A stretch of 64,000 nucleotides of DNA from positions 16,998-80,997 of the forward strand of contig CAYHIS010000001.1 of the NCBI GenBank assembly GCA_964356785.1, read 5' to 3'. Shown here piece by piece: positions 37,536 through 46,552 of the stretch (positions within the stretch are counted from its first letter, which is position 1; each line of letters begins with the position of its first letter). Below the pieces are notes generated by a model. The model searched no databases and was not told where the DNA came from. It saw only the letters and a list, made by a program, of their open reading frames with translations. Source of the stretch: an uncultured Rickettsiales bacterium. GTDB lineage: Bacteria; Pseudomonadota; Alphaproteobacteria; Rickettsiales; CANDYO01. The position numbers and the translations under genes are program-made.

Positions 37536-37564
37536 TTGCACATAAACACATTTTATGCTATAAT
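37536..37564 (+). promoter_or_regulatory. Sigma70-like promoter for the dinJ-yafQ pair (TTGCAC-N17-TATAAT) embedded in CACATAA repeats
   Basis: TTGCAC at 37536..37541, a 17-nt spacer, and TATAAT at 37559..37564. ACACATAAA/CACATAA motifs recur about four times between 37519 and 37580 and are possible operators. Confidence 0.45.
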
Positions 37565-37594
37565 CAATTCACATAATAATATAAAGGTTATATA

Positions 37595-37825
37595 ATGAGT
37601 AGAATTAGCATAGAAGTCACAGATGAACAACATACCCAAATTAAAGTAATGGCTTCTTTACAGAAGAAAACTATAAAAGATTTGATTATTGAAAATATTT
37701 TTAACGCACCTCAAACTAGAGAGTTAAATCAGACTACTTTGGAAGCCATTAAAGATATTAGCAAGGATAATGATCTTAATATTTATGAATCAGTAGGGAC
37801 TTTATTTGCACGGTTTAACAAATAA
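37595..37825 (+). CDS. dinJ: Type II antitoxin, RelB/DinJ family
   Basis: 76 aa. The C-terminal ELNQTTLEAIKDISKDNDLNIYESVGTLFARF resembles the DinJ C-terminus (EPNQLTIQSIKNSEAG...DDLFDKL). The stop abuts the toxin ATG. Confidence 0.7.
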   Translation: MSRISIEVTDEQHTQIKVMASLQKKTIKDLIIENIFNAPQTRELNQTTLEAIKDISKDNDLNIYESVGTLFARFNK

Positions 37826-38092
37826 ATGCTAATAAAAACAACCAAAGCATTTGAGAAAGATCTAACGAGAATGCAAAAACGTGGCAAAGATCTTTCTAAA
37901 TTAGAGTATCTCATCAAGTTATTGGCTAATAACAATGTTTTGCAGGCAAAATACAGGGAGCATAAATTATCAGGTAACTATCAAAATTTAAGAGAATGTC
38001 ATATTGAGCCAGATTGGTTATTAATATACGAGAATCAGAACAATATACTGTATCTCGCAAGAACCGGCACTCATTCAGATTTATTCAAATAG
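37826..38092 (+). CDS. yafQ: Type II toxin, YafQ/RelE family mRNA interferase
   Basis: 88 aa. F.KDL.RM.KRGKD...L......HKLSGNYQNLRECHIEPDWLLIYE...ILYLARTGTHSDLF is the YafQ signature. Confidence 0.85.
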   Translation: MLIKTTKAFEKDLTRMQKRGKDLSKLEYLIKLLANNNVLQAKYREHKLSGNYQNLRECHIEPDWLLIYENQNNILYLARTGTHSDLFK

Positions 38093-38193
38093 TTGATTTA
38101 CCTATTTTGCTTACTCTCTGTATAAATAAAGATTCCATTTACATAAAAATTATGTTATACTACCTCCTATGTTAATAGAACAGGGTATAAATC

Positions 38194-38793
38194 ATGGCAA
38201 GAAACTTCTATCAGGTTGAAAGTCTTTCTCAAGAAAATATTTTACAAAGTAGAATGGAAGAAATAGAAAAATTAGAAAAATTGATAGATGATTCTTTAGC
38301 TGAGATTGAAAGCTTAAGAGTAGAGTTAAAAGATCTAGAGCAGGATTTAAATTCTTTTCTTGATAATTATTATGGATCAGGATCCATATTTTTTAAAAAC
38401 ACAGATCCTTCAAGTTGCCAAGCTGATAATGATAACGGTCATAATTTAGAGCAAGCCAAGAAAAATCTTTATGCAAAAATTGCCAAAGTTTGTTCGCAAG
38501 ATAGTTTCAGCAATAATAGCAATTTATCTCATGACAATCTTCTTAAAATCGAAGGATATCTTACAGAGGGCTCAGATCAATCTAAATCTCCGCATGATTT
38601 GCTTTCTAACTTAATTTTTGAGTATTATGGTTTAATGCAGCAAATGCGTGAACTAAAAACTAGAAAACAATCTTTACTTGAAAGCCCAGCTTATGAACTA
38701 AAGCAAGAAATTATGTGGGCAAATATTAAAACTACCGAAACAATTTCAAAAATCAGAGATAATCTCGTTAATCACGCGAATAGATTGCATTAA
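38194..38793 (+). CDS. Hypothetical coiled-coil protein
   Basis: 199-aa ORF. The N-terminal heptad-like region is EEIEKLEKLIDDSLAEIESLRVELKDLEQDLNSFL. Confidence 0.45.
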   Translation: MARNFYQVESLSQENILQSRMEEIEKLEKLIDDSLAEIESLRVELKDLEQDLNSFLDNYYGSGSIFFKNTDPSSCQADNDNGHNLEQAKKNLYAKIAKVCSQDSFSNNSNLSHDNLLKIEGYLTEGSDQSKSPHDLLSNLIFEYYGLMQQMRELKTRKQSLLESPAYELKQEIMWANIKTTETISKIRDNLVNHANRLH

Positions 38794-38955
38794 TTTTTAT
38801 CATTCTCTTAGAAAGCTATGACAAAATAAAACCAATAATCTTTAAATAGGTAATCTATCTATGCCTATTTCAAATATTTTTTCATTGGCAATTAATAGAC
38901 AATCATATAACCCACAATTTTTAGCAAAATCAACAAAATGGTTAGGCCATTAAAA

Positions 38956-39255
38956 TTAATGAACATTCTCATTTTCTTTACTTTGGCTTTTGTTCATGCC
39001 TGTAGTAGGTGAATCATCATTACTCTTAGATACACCACTCATACGATTCATGAATGATTTTTTCATTTTATTAACAAACCTTTTTGTTGCATTATATGCT
39101 TTAGTTGCTCCAATAGCCTTATCCACTTCAACTGCAGCTGATCTTATTGGAAAGTGTTTGGCATTATAATCACCAAGCTTCATAAGTCCTTGTTTGACTT
39201 TATCCTCATCTCCATAAAGAGCTTCTCTATGTGTAAAGTCCTCTTCTTCACTCAT
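38956..39255 (-). CDS. Hypothetical small protein directly abutting the ubiX stop
   Basis: 99-aa ORF whose start codon follows the ubiX stop with no spacer. Hydrophilic, no motif recognised. Confidence 0.4.
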   Translation of the reverse strand: MSEEEDFTHREALYGDEDKVKQGLMKLGDYNAKHFPIRSAAVEVDKAIGATKAYNATKRFVNKMKKSFMNRMSGVSKSNDDSPTTGMNKSQSKENENVH

Positions 39256-39843
39256 TTAATTCTCCTTTATATTTAATCCTTCCCATCGTTTTAGTAACTT
39301 ACTATCTAAGTCAAATAAATCTAAAACTCTGCATATAGTATGATTTATTATATCATCAATATTTTCTGGATTGCAATAAAAAGCTGGAACTGGTGGATAA
39401 ATTATTCCTCCATTTTCTGCTATAGCTACCATATTCTTCAAATGCGTTAAGTGAAGAGGAGTCTCTCTTAACAAGAGTATTAGCCTCTTTTTTTCTTTCA
39501 AAATAACATCTGCAGATCTAGTGATTAAATTATCGCAGTAAGAATGAGCAATGGCAGACATTGTCTTTATGGAACAAGGAGCAATTATCATTCCATCCAT
39601 CTTAAATGATCCACTTGCTAAACAAGCGCTGATATCTTCTACATTATAAGAAAAACTAGCTAATTTTTTAATATCAGAAATTTTATATTTTGTTTCACTT
39701 GCAATGGTTAGATTAGCTGATTTACTAATTATGAGATGCGTTTCAACATTAGAAAATTCTTTTAGAATTTCTAATAATCTAATTCCATAAATCGCTCCTG
39801 AAGCGCCAGTAATTGCTATAATTAATTTCATTTCCTCTTGCAC
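39256..39843 (-). CDS. ubiX: Flavin prenyltransferase UbiX
   Basis: [23 protein letters not shown]...[41 protein letters not shown]...PPVPAFY. The start may be the internal Met at 39831. Confidence 0.9.
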   Translation of the reverse strand: MQEEMKLIIAITGASGAIYGIRLLEILKEFSNVETHLIISKSANLTIASETKYKISDIKKLASFSYNVEDISACLASGSFKMDGMIIAPCSIKTMSAIAHSYCDNLITRSADVILKEKKRLILLLRETPLHLTHLKNMVAIAENGGIIYPPVPAFYCNPENIDDIINHTICRVLDLFDLDSKLLKRWEGLNIKEN

Positions 39844-39866
39844 TCTATTTCTTTTTTGTTACCCTA

Positions 39867-40020
39867 CTACTACTTTTGTCATTCCCGCTACTACTTTTGT
39901 CATTCCCGCGAAGGCGGGAATCCACTATATTAACTGGATTCCCGCCTTCGCGGGAATGACATAGAGGACACTGGAATGACATAGAGGACACTGGAATGAC
40001 GTAAGAGACGCGGGAATTAC
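39867..40020. repeat. Composite nested palindrome: 21-bp x2 tandem, a 25-bp perfect inverted repeat, then 20-bp x2 (+1 degenerate) tandem
   Basis: CTACTACTTTTGTCATTCCCG x2 (39867..39908). GTCATTCCCGCGAAGGCGGGAATCC (39899..39923) and its exact complement (39936..39960) surround a 12-nt loop. ATAGAGGACACTGGAATGAC x2 (39961..40000) is followed by a degenerate third unit that contains the murD stop codon. Confidence 0.9.
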
Positions 40021-41390
40021 ATAGAAATCCTATTAAACATCTCAATAAAAGCATCGCCACGTTCTTCAAAATTTCTCCATTGATCGAAAGATGCACATGC
40101 AGGTGATAATAAAATTATATCACCAGGCTTTGCAATTTTACAAGCCTCGGCAAAAGCATTTTCTAGATTATCACATTTTTTCCATAAAACTTCATGCCCG
40201 CATGTGGCGGCAAACTCATCTTGCGCATCTCCTATAAGTAAAGCAACTTTAATTTTAGGAAAATATTTCTTTAAAGATTCAATGCCACCAGCCTTAGCCA
40301 CCCCACCTGCTATCCAAATAATATTATCAAAACTTGCCAAGGCTTTCTCTGTAGAATCAGCATTGGTTGCCTTGCTATCATTAATAAATTTGATTTGGTT
40401 ATGCTCACCTAGATATTGCATTCTATGCTTTAATCCAACAAAACTTGGTAAAGCCTCAATAATTTTTTCTTTTTGCAATCCAAATTTAAGGCAGCAAGCA
40501 ATCGCAGCCGCTAGATTTTGTTTGTTATGCTGCCCTAGTAAAGAATTATTATCAATTATAATATCTTTTACATCTTCTTCTGAGAATATCGTTGTATTTT
40601 TTACTTTTTTTAAGGAAGAATGAATAATAGCGTGGTCGTCATCACTTTGATTTTGGAAAATTTTATATTTGGAATTTGTATAATTTTCCATATTGCCATG
40701 ACGGTCTAGATGATCTGGTGTAATATTTAAAAACACAGCAATATTAAATTTAGTTTTGTCTAACAGATCTAACTGAAAAGAAGAAACTTCTAGAACAAAA
40801 ACAGTATCTCTCTTTTCGTCATTCTGAGGCACCTGCCGAAGAATCCAGTCTGTGTAATTATTTCTGGATGTTTCGCTATCACTCAACATGACGAATTTCC
40901 TCTCTCCTTCATCATGCTCACTTTCGGATATATCATCAAAACTTAAAACTGGAATACCAATATTTCCACCTAAAACTACATTAACATTATTATATTTTAA
41001 AATATGAGCAATAAGAGAGGTAGTTGTAGATTTCCCATTAGTTCCAGTAATACCAATGAAAAATGCATCTTTATTATTAAGATATAAAACTTCAATATCA
41101 CAAATAATCTTTATGTTTCTTTGTTTGACTAATTTTACTATTTTATGAGGTTCAGGATGAGTTAGAGAGATTCCAGGACTTAAGATAAGATAATCAATTG
41201 CCCCCCATGCTTCATCAGCTAAATCTTTTAAATATTTAGAAAATTCAGGATGATCTTTAATGATTTTTTTTATAGTCTCTTCTTTATCATCAAAAGCAAT
41301 AAAATCAACCTCTTTTTTACTTAGATATTTTAATGTTGCAATACCTGACAGGCCAAGTCCGAAAACTCCAATTTTTTTATTTTCAAACAT
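40017..41390 (-). CDS. murD: UDP-N-acetylmuramoylalanine--D-glutamate ligase, carrying an in-frame palindromic insertion
   Basis: 457 aa. GLGLSGIA, GITGTNGKSTT, LEVSSFQLD, NITPDHLDRH, DSKATN. The extra hydrophilic segment SESEHDEGERKFVMLSDSETSRNNYTDWILRQVPQNDEKRD lies just before LEVSSFQL. Confidence 0.9.
   Translation of the reverse strand: MFENKKIGVFGLGLSGIATLKYLSKKEVDFIAFDDKEETIKKIIKDHPEFSKYLKDLADEAWGAIDYLILSPGISLTHPEPHKIVKLVKQRNIKIICDIEVLYLNNKDAFFIGITGTNGKSTTTSLIAHILKYNNVNVVLGGNIGIPVLSFDDISESEHDEGERKFVMLSDSETSRNNYTDWILRQVPQNDEKRDTVFVLEVSSFQLDLLDKTKFNIAVFLNITPDHLDRHGNMENYTNSKYKIFQNQSDDDHAIIHSSLKKVKNTTIFSEEDVKDIIIDNNSLLGQHNKQNLAAAIACCLKFGLQKEKIIEALPSFVGLKHRMQYLGEHNQIKFINDSKATNADSTEKALASFDNIIWIAGGVAKAGGIESLKKYFPKIKVALLIGDAQDEFAATCGHEVLWKKCDNLENAFAEACKIAKPGDIILLSPACASFDQWRNFEERGDAFIEMFNRISM
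40808..40900. repeat. GTCATT...AATCCAG-type palindromic element inserted in frame in murD
   Basis: TTCGTCATTCTGAGGCACCTGCCGAAGAATCCAG ... CTGGATGTTTCGCTATCACTCAACATGACGAA are imperfect inverted arms, flanked by CTCTCT-type direct sequence on both sides. The motif resembles the intergenic palindrome at 39899. Confidence 0.65.
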
Positions 41391-41466
41391 TCTTTATATT
41401 TATTTAAACTTGTATATAATTCATTATACGATATAACTTATATTAATATATACAAAAGAAAAAATT

Positions 41467-42606
41467 ATGAAAATTGCTATCTTAAAAGAAAGAGCTCTAA
41501 ACGAAAAAAGAGTTGCTATAACTCCAGATATAGTAAAAAAACTTGTTGCTCATAACGTGGAAATTTGTATTGAACAAGGAGCGGGATTAACAGCGAATAT
41601 TACTGATGAAGAATATAAAAATGCTGGCGCTAAAATATCTAACGTTCTTTTAGAAATTGTTGCTGATGCTGACATAGTATTTAAAGTACAACCATCTCCT
41701 GCAGATAATCATAATGAGTTGAACTTTATCAAAGAGAATGCATTATTATTAGGATTATTATCGCCTTATTCTAATAAAGATAACTTAAAAAAATATGTAG
41801 ATAAAAAAGTTACCGCAATGGCAATAGAGCTGCTTCCTAGAATAACTAAAGCTCAAGGTATGGATGTGCTTTCTTCACAAAGTAATTTAGCTGGTTATAT
41901 CTCAGTAATTAAAGCTGCTAATGAATATGGTGGAGCATTTCCTATGATGATGACGGCAGCTGGAACTGTGTCACCAGCTAAGCTATTAGTAATGGGAGCT
42001 GGAGTTGCTGGATTACAAGTTATTGCCACAGCAAAAAGATTGGGAGCTATTGTTTCGGCTTTTGATGTTAGAAGCGTGGCTAAAGAACAAGTGCAAAGTT
42101 TGGGTGCAAGCTTCATTGAGGTTCCGGTTCAAGAAGATGGTAGCACTGGCGCTGGATATGCAAAAGAAATGAGTGAAGAATATAAAGCAAAACAAAAGCA
42201 ATTAATTCACGAAACTCTTAAGAAGAGCGATATTGTTATTACAACTGCTCTTATTCCTGGCCGCTCTGCGCCGATTCTGATTACCGCTGAAATGATAAAA
42301 GATATGAAACCTGGGTCTGTCATTATAGACATCGCAGCAGGAAGCGGAGGAAATTGCGAGGGCACTATAGCTGATGAAATTGTAATGAGTGACAATTGCG
42401 TCAAAATAGTTGGCTTCAGTAATTTAGCTGCACATATTCCTAAAGAAGCTAGTAAGCTATATTCGAAAAACTTATATAATTTATTAGAATATTTAACTAA
42501 TAAAGAATTTAAACAAGTAAATCTAGATTTTGAAGATGAAATAACTAAGTCTTGCGTTTTAACTCATAATGGACAAATTATACATCCAAATTTTAAAGAA
42601 ATTTGA
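41467..42606 (+). CDS. pntAA: NAD(P) transhydrogenase subunit alpha part 1 (dI)
   Basis: 379 aa. MKIAILKERALNEKRVAITPD, the Rossmann fold VMGAGVAGLQVIATAKRLGA, and ALIPGRSAPILIT. Confidence 0.9.
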   Translation: MKIAILKERALNEKRVAITPDIVKKLVAHNVEICIEQGAGLTANITDEEYKNAGAKISNVLLEIVADADIVFKVQPSPADNHNELNFIKENALLLGLLSPYSNKDNLKKYVDKKVTAMAIELLPRITKAQGMDVLSSQSNLAGYISVIKAANEYGGAFPMMMTAAGTVSPAKLLVMGAGVAGLQVIATAKRLGAIVSAFDVRSVAKEQVQSLGASFIEVPVQEDGSTGAGYAKEMSEEYKAKQKQLIHETLKKSDIVITTALIPGRSAPILITAEMIKDMKPGSVIIDIAAGSGGNCEGTIADEIVMSDNCVKIVGFSNLAAHIPKEASKLYSKNLYNLLEYLTNKEFKQVNLDFEDEITKSCVLTHNGQIIHPNFKEI

Positions 42607-42621
42607 TACTGGAGATAAAAA

Positions 42622-43044
42622 ATGACAAATAACATTCATAATATTGTTAAGAATGCTAATGAAATTTCAGATACTGCAAATAAGTTATCTGAGCAAGCAA
42701 ATAATTTAGTTAGCAAATTAAATACAGTAGCTATTGAGAAAATTACTCAAACAGCGACAATTGGAGTGGATCCCTTTATTTTTGCTATTACAATCTTTGT
42801 TTTAGCATGTTTTGTAGGATATTACGTAGTATGGAAAGTAACCCCTGCGCTGCACACACCTTTAATGGCGGTGACTAATGCTATTTCTGGAATCATAATT
42901 GTAGGAGCAATTATCGCTCTGGGTCCTAAAGAATTTGGAATTGCGCAAGTAGCTGGTTTTTTTGCTGTAATGCTTGCTGCAGTAAATATTTTTGGTGGAT
43001 TTGTGGTTACACAAAGAATGTTAGCAATGTTTAAGAAGAAGTAA
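42622..43044 (+). CDS. pntAB: NAD(P) transhydrogenase subunit alpha part 2 (membrane dII-alpha)
   Basis: 140 aa. C-terminal TM region [27 protein letters not shown]...[13 protein letters not shown]. Confidence 0.85.
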   Translation: MTNNIHNIVKNANEISDTANKLSEQANNLVSKLNTVAIEKITQTATIGVDPFIFAITIFVLACFVGYYVVWKVTPALHTPLMAVTNAISGIIIVGAIIALGPKEFGIAQVAGFFAVMLAAVNIFGGFVVTQRMLAMFKKK

Positions 43045-43049
43045 ATATT

Positions 43050-44450
43050 ATGATTATATCAACTCACACCTCATCATTACTTTATTTAATCTCTTCAATA
43101 TGCTTTATTTTAGCGCTAAAAGGGCTTTCTTCACCTAATAGCGCAAGATCCGGAAACTTCATTGGAATATTCGGTATGATACTAGCTGTTTTTACAGCTT
43201 TTTATCATCCAGCTATAGAGAGTAATATATTAATTATTACAGCTATAGCTATTGGTGGAATAATTGGCATTGTAATTGCTAAAAAAATTCAAATGACAGC
43301 TATGCCTCAATTAGTAGCCGCTTTTCACTCCCTTGTGGGTTTGGCTGCGGTATTAATTGCAATCGCTGTTTATGTCACCCCTGAGAGCTATAATTTGGGC
43401 ATTAGTGGAAACTTGCCTCTTGCTAATTTAATTGAATTAGGCTTAGGAAGTGCAATTGGCGCGATTACATTTACAGGATCTATCGTAGCCTTCTTGAAAT
43501 TGCAAGGTATAATGAAAGGGGCTCCTGTTAGATTTATAGGACAACATTTATTAAATTTAGGGATTGCTATAGCAATTTTAACTTCTCTTTATTTATTCTG
43601 CGCAAATCAATCTTCTATAGCATTTGCATTTCTGATTTGCTTATCATTACTATTAGGATGGTTATTAATCATTCCTATTGGTGGCGCGGACATGCCAGTT
43701 ATAGTTTCAATGCTTAATTCATATTCTGGTTGGGCAGCCGCTGGTATTGGCTTCACCTTATCGAATAGTTTATTGATCATTACTGGAGCTTTAGTTGGAG
43801 CGAGCGGCGCTATACTTAGCTATATTATGTGTAAAGCCATGAATAGATCGTTATTTAACGTAATATTTGGAGGTTTTGCATCATCTAATATAACAACTTC
43901 TGCTGGCGCTAAGGAAGAAAGAACTGTAAAATCTGTAGCCGCAGAAGATGCTGCATTTATCTTAAAAAATTCTCAAGATGTTATTATTATTCCTGGTTAT
44001 GGCATGGCAGTGGCGCAAGCGCAGCATGCTGTTAAAGAAATGGCTGAATTTTTAAAGAAGCATGGAATTAAAGTTAGGTTCGCAATTCATCCTGTTGCGG
44101 GAAGAATGCCAGGTCATATGAATGTGCTTCTTGCAGAAGCTGGTGTTAGTTATGAAGATGTATTTGAACTTGAGGATATCAATCGTGATTTTGCATCCTC
44201 AGATGTTGCTTTCGTAATTGGCGCAAATGATATTACAAACCCAGCAGCTAAGACTGATCCGCAAAGCCCAATTTATGGAATGCCCATTTTAGAAGTTGGC
44301 GCTGCTAAAACAGTATTCTTTATAAAGCGCGGCATGGCGGCTGGTTACGCAGGCGTAGAAAATGAATTATTTTATCAGAATAATACCATGATGTTATTTG
44401 GTGATGCAAAGAAAGTAACTGAATCGATACTAAAAGCCTTTGAGGAATAA
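43050..44450 (+). CDS. pntB: NAD(P) transhydrogenase subunit beta
   Basis: 466 aa. [62 protein letters not shown]. Confidence 0.95.
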   Translation: MIISTHTSSLLYLISSICFILALKGLSSPNSARSGNFIGIFGMILAVFTAFYHPAIESNILIITAIAIGGIIGIVIAKKIQMTAMPQLVAAFHSLVGLAAVLIAIAVYVTPESYNLGISGNLPLANLIELGLGSAIGAITFTGSIVAFLKLQGIMKGAPVRFIGQHLLNLGIAIAILTSLYLFCANQSSIAFAFLICLSLLLGWLLIIPIGGADMPVIVSMLNSYSGWAAAGIGFTLSNSLLIITGALVGASGAILSYIMCKAMNRSLFNVIFGGFASSNITTSAGAKEERTVKSVAAEDAAFILKNSQDVIIIPGYGMAVAQAQHAVKEMAEFLKKHGIKVRFAIHPVAGRMPGHMNVLLAEAGVSYEDVFELEDINRDFASSDVAFVIGANDITNPAAKTDPQSPIYGMPILEVGAAKTVFFIKRGMAAGYAGVENELFYQNNTMMLFGDAKKVTESILKAFEE

Positions 44451-45388
44451 TGATAGATTATCTAGAGATCTTAAAAGCGACTCAAGAAGCTGCAATCGCT
44501 TGTTATGATTTTATAGGAAAAAATGATGAAAAATCATCTGATAAAGCTGCAGTTGATGCAATGCGTAGAGTGCTTAACACTTTAGATTTTAAAGCAAGAA
44601 TTGTTATTGGAGAAGGTGAACGCGATAAAGCCCCTATGCTATATATTGGCGAAGAGCTTGGCGCGTCTAGTGGAAGAGTTCAGTACGATATTGCAGTTGA
44701 CCCATTAGAGGGAACTACTATTTGTGCCAAAGCAATGCCTGGATCTTTATCAGTCCTCGCTATAACTGAGCATCAAGGAATGCTTCATGCACCTGATGTA
44801 TATATGGATAAAATAGCTTCAAAATATCCAGTTGTTGATTTAGATGACTCAGTTGCTAATAATCTTAAAAACATTGCTAATTTTAAAAAATGTCCTGTTA
44901 ATGAGTTAACTGTTATAATTTTAAACCGCCAGAGACATCAAGAAAAAATCGCTAAGACCAGAGAAACTGGTGCTAAGCTTAAGCTTATTTCTGATGGTGA
45001 TATTGCAGCTATCATTGAGGTTGCTTTAGGAGACGCTGATCTTTATCTTGGAATTGGTGGGGCTCCTGAAGGCGTACTTGCTGCTGCTGCGCTCAAAACT
45101 TTAGGCGGTCAGATAATGGGTAGACTTATTTTTGCTGATGAAAATGAAAAAAATAGGGCTGCTAAAATTGGAATTACTGATTTTAATAAAAAATATCTTT
45201 TAAATGATTTAGTTTCGAAAGATGTTATTTTTTGCGCAACTGGCGTTACTTCCGGTCCATTACTTGAAGGAGTTATGAGGCAAGATAATAAGTTTAAAAC
45301 TCAATCTATTATGTTGTCTTCTATAGACAAGCAAGTTCTTAAAATAGACGCTTACGCTCCTCATAATTATACCAATTCTCACCTATAA
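44450..45388 (+). CDS. glpX: Fructose-1,6-bisphosphatase class II
   Basis: 312 aa. DKAAVDAMR, IVIGEGERDKAPMLYIGE, DIAVDPLEGTT, DGDIAA, GIGGAPEGVLAAAALK. The ATG overlaps the pntB stop (ATGA... TAATG context). Confidence 0.9.
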   Translation: MIDYLEILKATQEAAIACYDFIGKNDEKSSDKAAVDAMRRVLNTLDFKARIVIGEGERDKAPMLYIGEELGASSGRVQYDIAVDPLEGTTICAKAMPGSLSVLAITEHQGMLHAPDVYMDKIASKYPVVDLDDSVANNLKNIANFKKCPVNELTVIILNRQRHQEKIAKTRETGAKLKLISDGDIAAIIEVALGDADLYLGIGGAPEGVLAAAALKTLGGQIMGRLIFADENEKNRAAKIGITDFNKKYLLNDLVSKDVIFCATGVTSGPLLEGVMRQDNKFKTQSIMLSSIDKQVLKIDAYAPHNYTNSHL

Positions 45389-45406
45389 TTGAACGTTTAG
45401 GATTGG

Positions 45407-45511
45407 TATACCTATCACACTTCAAAAGTTGGCAGGAGCTAGGAGCGATGTGTACAACTAGTTACATGAGCGACGAAGTGACGCACCAAATCTTGAAGTG
45501 TGATAGGTATA
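45407..45511. repeat. Palindromic element, family A (105 bp), filling the glpX/perM convergent gap
   Basis: Terminal inverted repeats TATACCTATCACACTTCAAAAGTTGG (45407..45432) and CCAAATCTTGAAGTGTGATAGGTATA (45486..45511). The core (reverse complement) is CTCATGTAAC-TAGT-TGTACAC. The right end directly abuts the stop codon of the minus-strand gene at 45512. Confidence 0.85.
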
Positions 45512-46552
45512 TTAGTATAACTTTTTCATAACTAAGCTTCTTATGATCACTCCTACAATTGCTGCTATCGGAACAGCAAAAAACATTCCCCAGAATCCAA
45601 ATAACGCTCCGCCAGCCATTATAGAGAAAATCACCCAGACCGGATTAAGACCCACTTTTTCTCCTACAAGTTTAGGTGTAATTATATAGCTTTCGATCAG
45701 ATGACCGAATAAGAAAATTACTAAGGTTATATACATATGTTTTAAATCTGAAAATTGTATCAGAGCAACTAGAGCGCAAATTAATCCACCAATTATAAGG
45801 CCCAAATAAGGTATTATAGCAAGAAATCCAGCTATAATTCCAACAAGTAATGCGTAATCTAAACCGACTAGACTAAGGCTTACAATATAAAATAATGCTA
45901 GAAGCAAACAAACGCTCATTTGCCCGCGCACATAAGAAGAGAGAACTTTATCTATTTGACTAAATAAATCTAAAATTACTTTCTTCTGGTTTATTGGAAG
46001 TATGTCTTTTATATTTTTTGTAAAACTTGGCCAGTCTCTTAATAAGTAAAATACAAGAATCGGAGTGAATAAAATTAATCCTACAAGATTAAATATGGCC
46101 ATTCCAGAATCAAAAATACTTTGAATTGCTGACATTATATATTTAAAAAACTCACTAGAAAGATTAGTAAATTGCTGCCTTATAGTTTCTGCAAAATCAG
46201 GAGCAACCTTAATGAGAATACCATCTAACTTCTTTGAGGCAAATTCAGCAAAATATTTTTCGTAATCTGGTATATGCAATATAAAAGCTTTTACTTGGTG
46301 AATCAGACTTGGAACTAAACGAATAAAGCTTAGTACTAAAATAAGAAAAAATACCCCAACTATTATACTAACTGTTAAGCCTCTTTTTACCTTTAATTTC
46401 TCTAGACGGATGGTTAATGGGTCTAAGAAGTAAGCTATAATTAAACTTGCTATGAACGGAGTGAGTATAGACCTTACTTCATTTAAGAAGAGTATTATTA
46501 TACCAAATATTATGAACCAGAAAATTAATTTAGAAACTTGCATATTGTTCAT
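45512..46552 (-). CDS. AI-2E family transporter (PerM/YhhT-like permease)
   Basis: 346 aa with about 8 TM segments. C-terminal GEKVGLNPVWVIFSIMAGGALFGFWGMFFAVPIAA is typical of PF01594-type permeases. Confidence 0.8.
   Translation of the reverse strand: MNNMQVSKLIFWFIIFGIIILFLNEVRSILTPFIASLIIAYFLDPLTIRLEKLKVKRGLTVSIIVGVFFLILVLSFIRLVPSLIHQVKAFILHIPDYEKYFAEFASKKLDGILIKVAPDFAETIRQQFTNLSSEFFKYIMSAIQSIFDSGMAIFNLVGLILFTPILVFYLLRDWPSFTKNIKDILPINQKKVILDLFSQIDKVLSSYVRGQMSVCLLLALFYIVSLSLVGLDYALLVGIIAGFLAIIPYLGLIIGGLICALVALIQFSDLKHMYITLVIFLFGHLIESYIITPKLVGEKVGLNPVWVIFSIMAGGALFGFWGMFFAVPIAAIVGVIIRSLVMKKLY

Noticed and set aside
39867-40000. Short tandem repeats considered as a CRISPR-like array
   Set aside because: There are only two copies per unit, they directly abut with no spacers, and no cas genes are present. 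They are part of a palindromic element.
39845-40096. 83-aa ORF in the track (…CHSREGGNPVNIVDSRLRGNDKSSSGNDKSSS…)
   Set aside because: It is simply the translation of the nested palindrome and tandem repeats between murD and ubiX, and it overlaps the murD 3' end. The repetitive peptide mirrors the DNA repeats, so this is not a gene.
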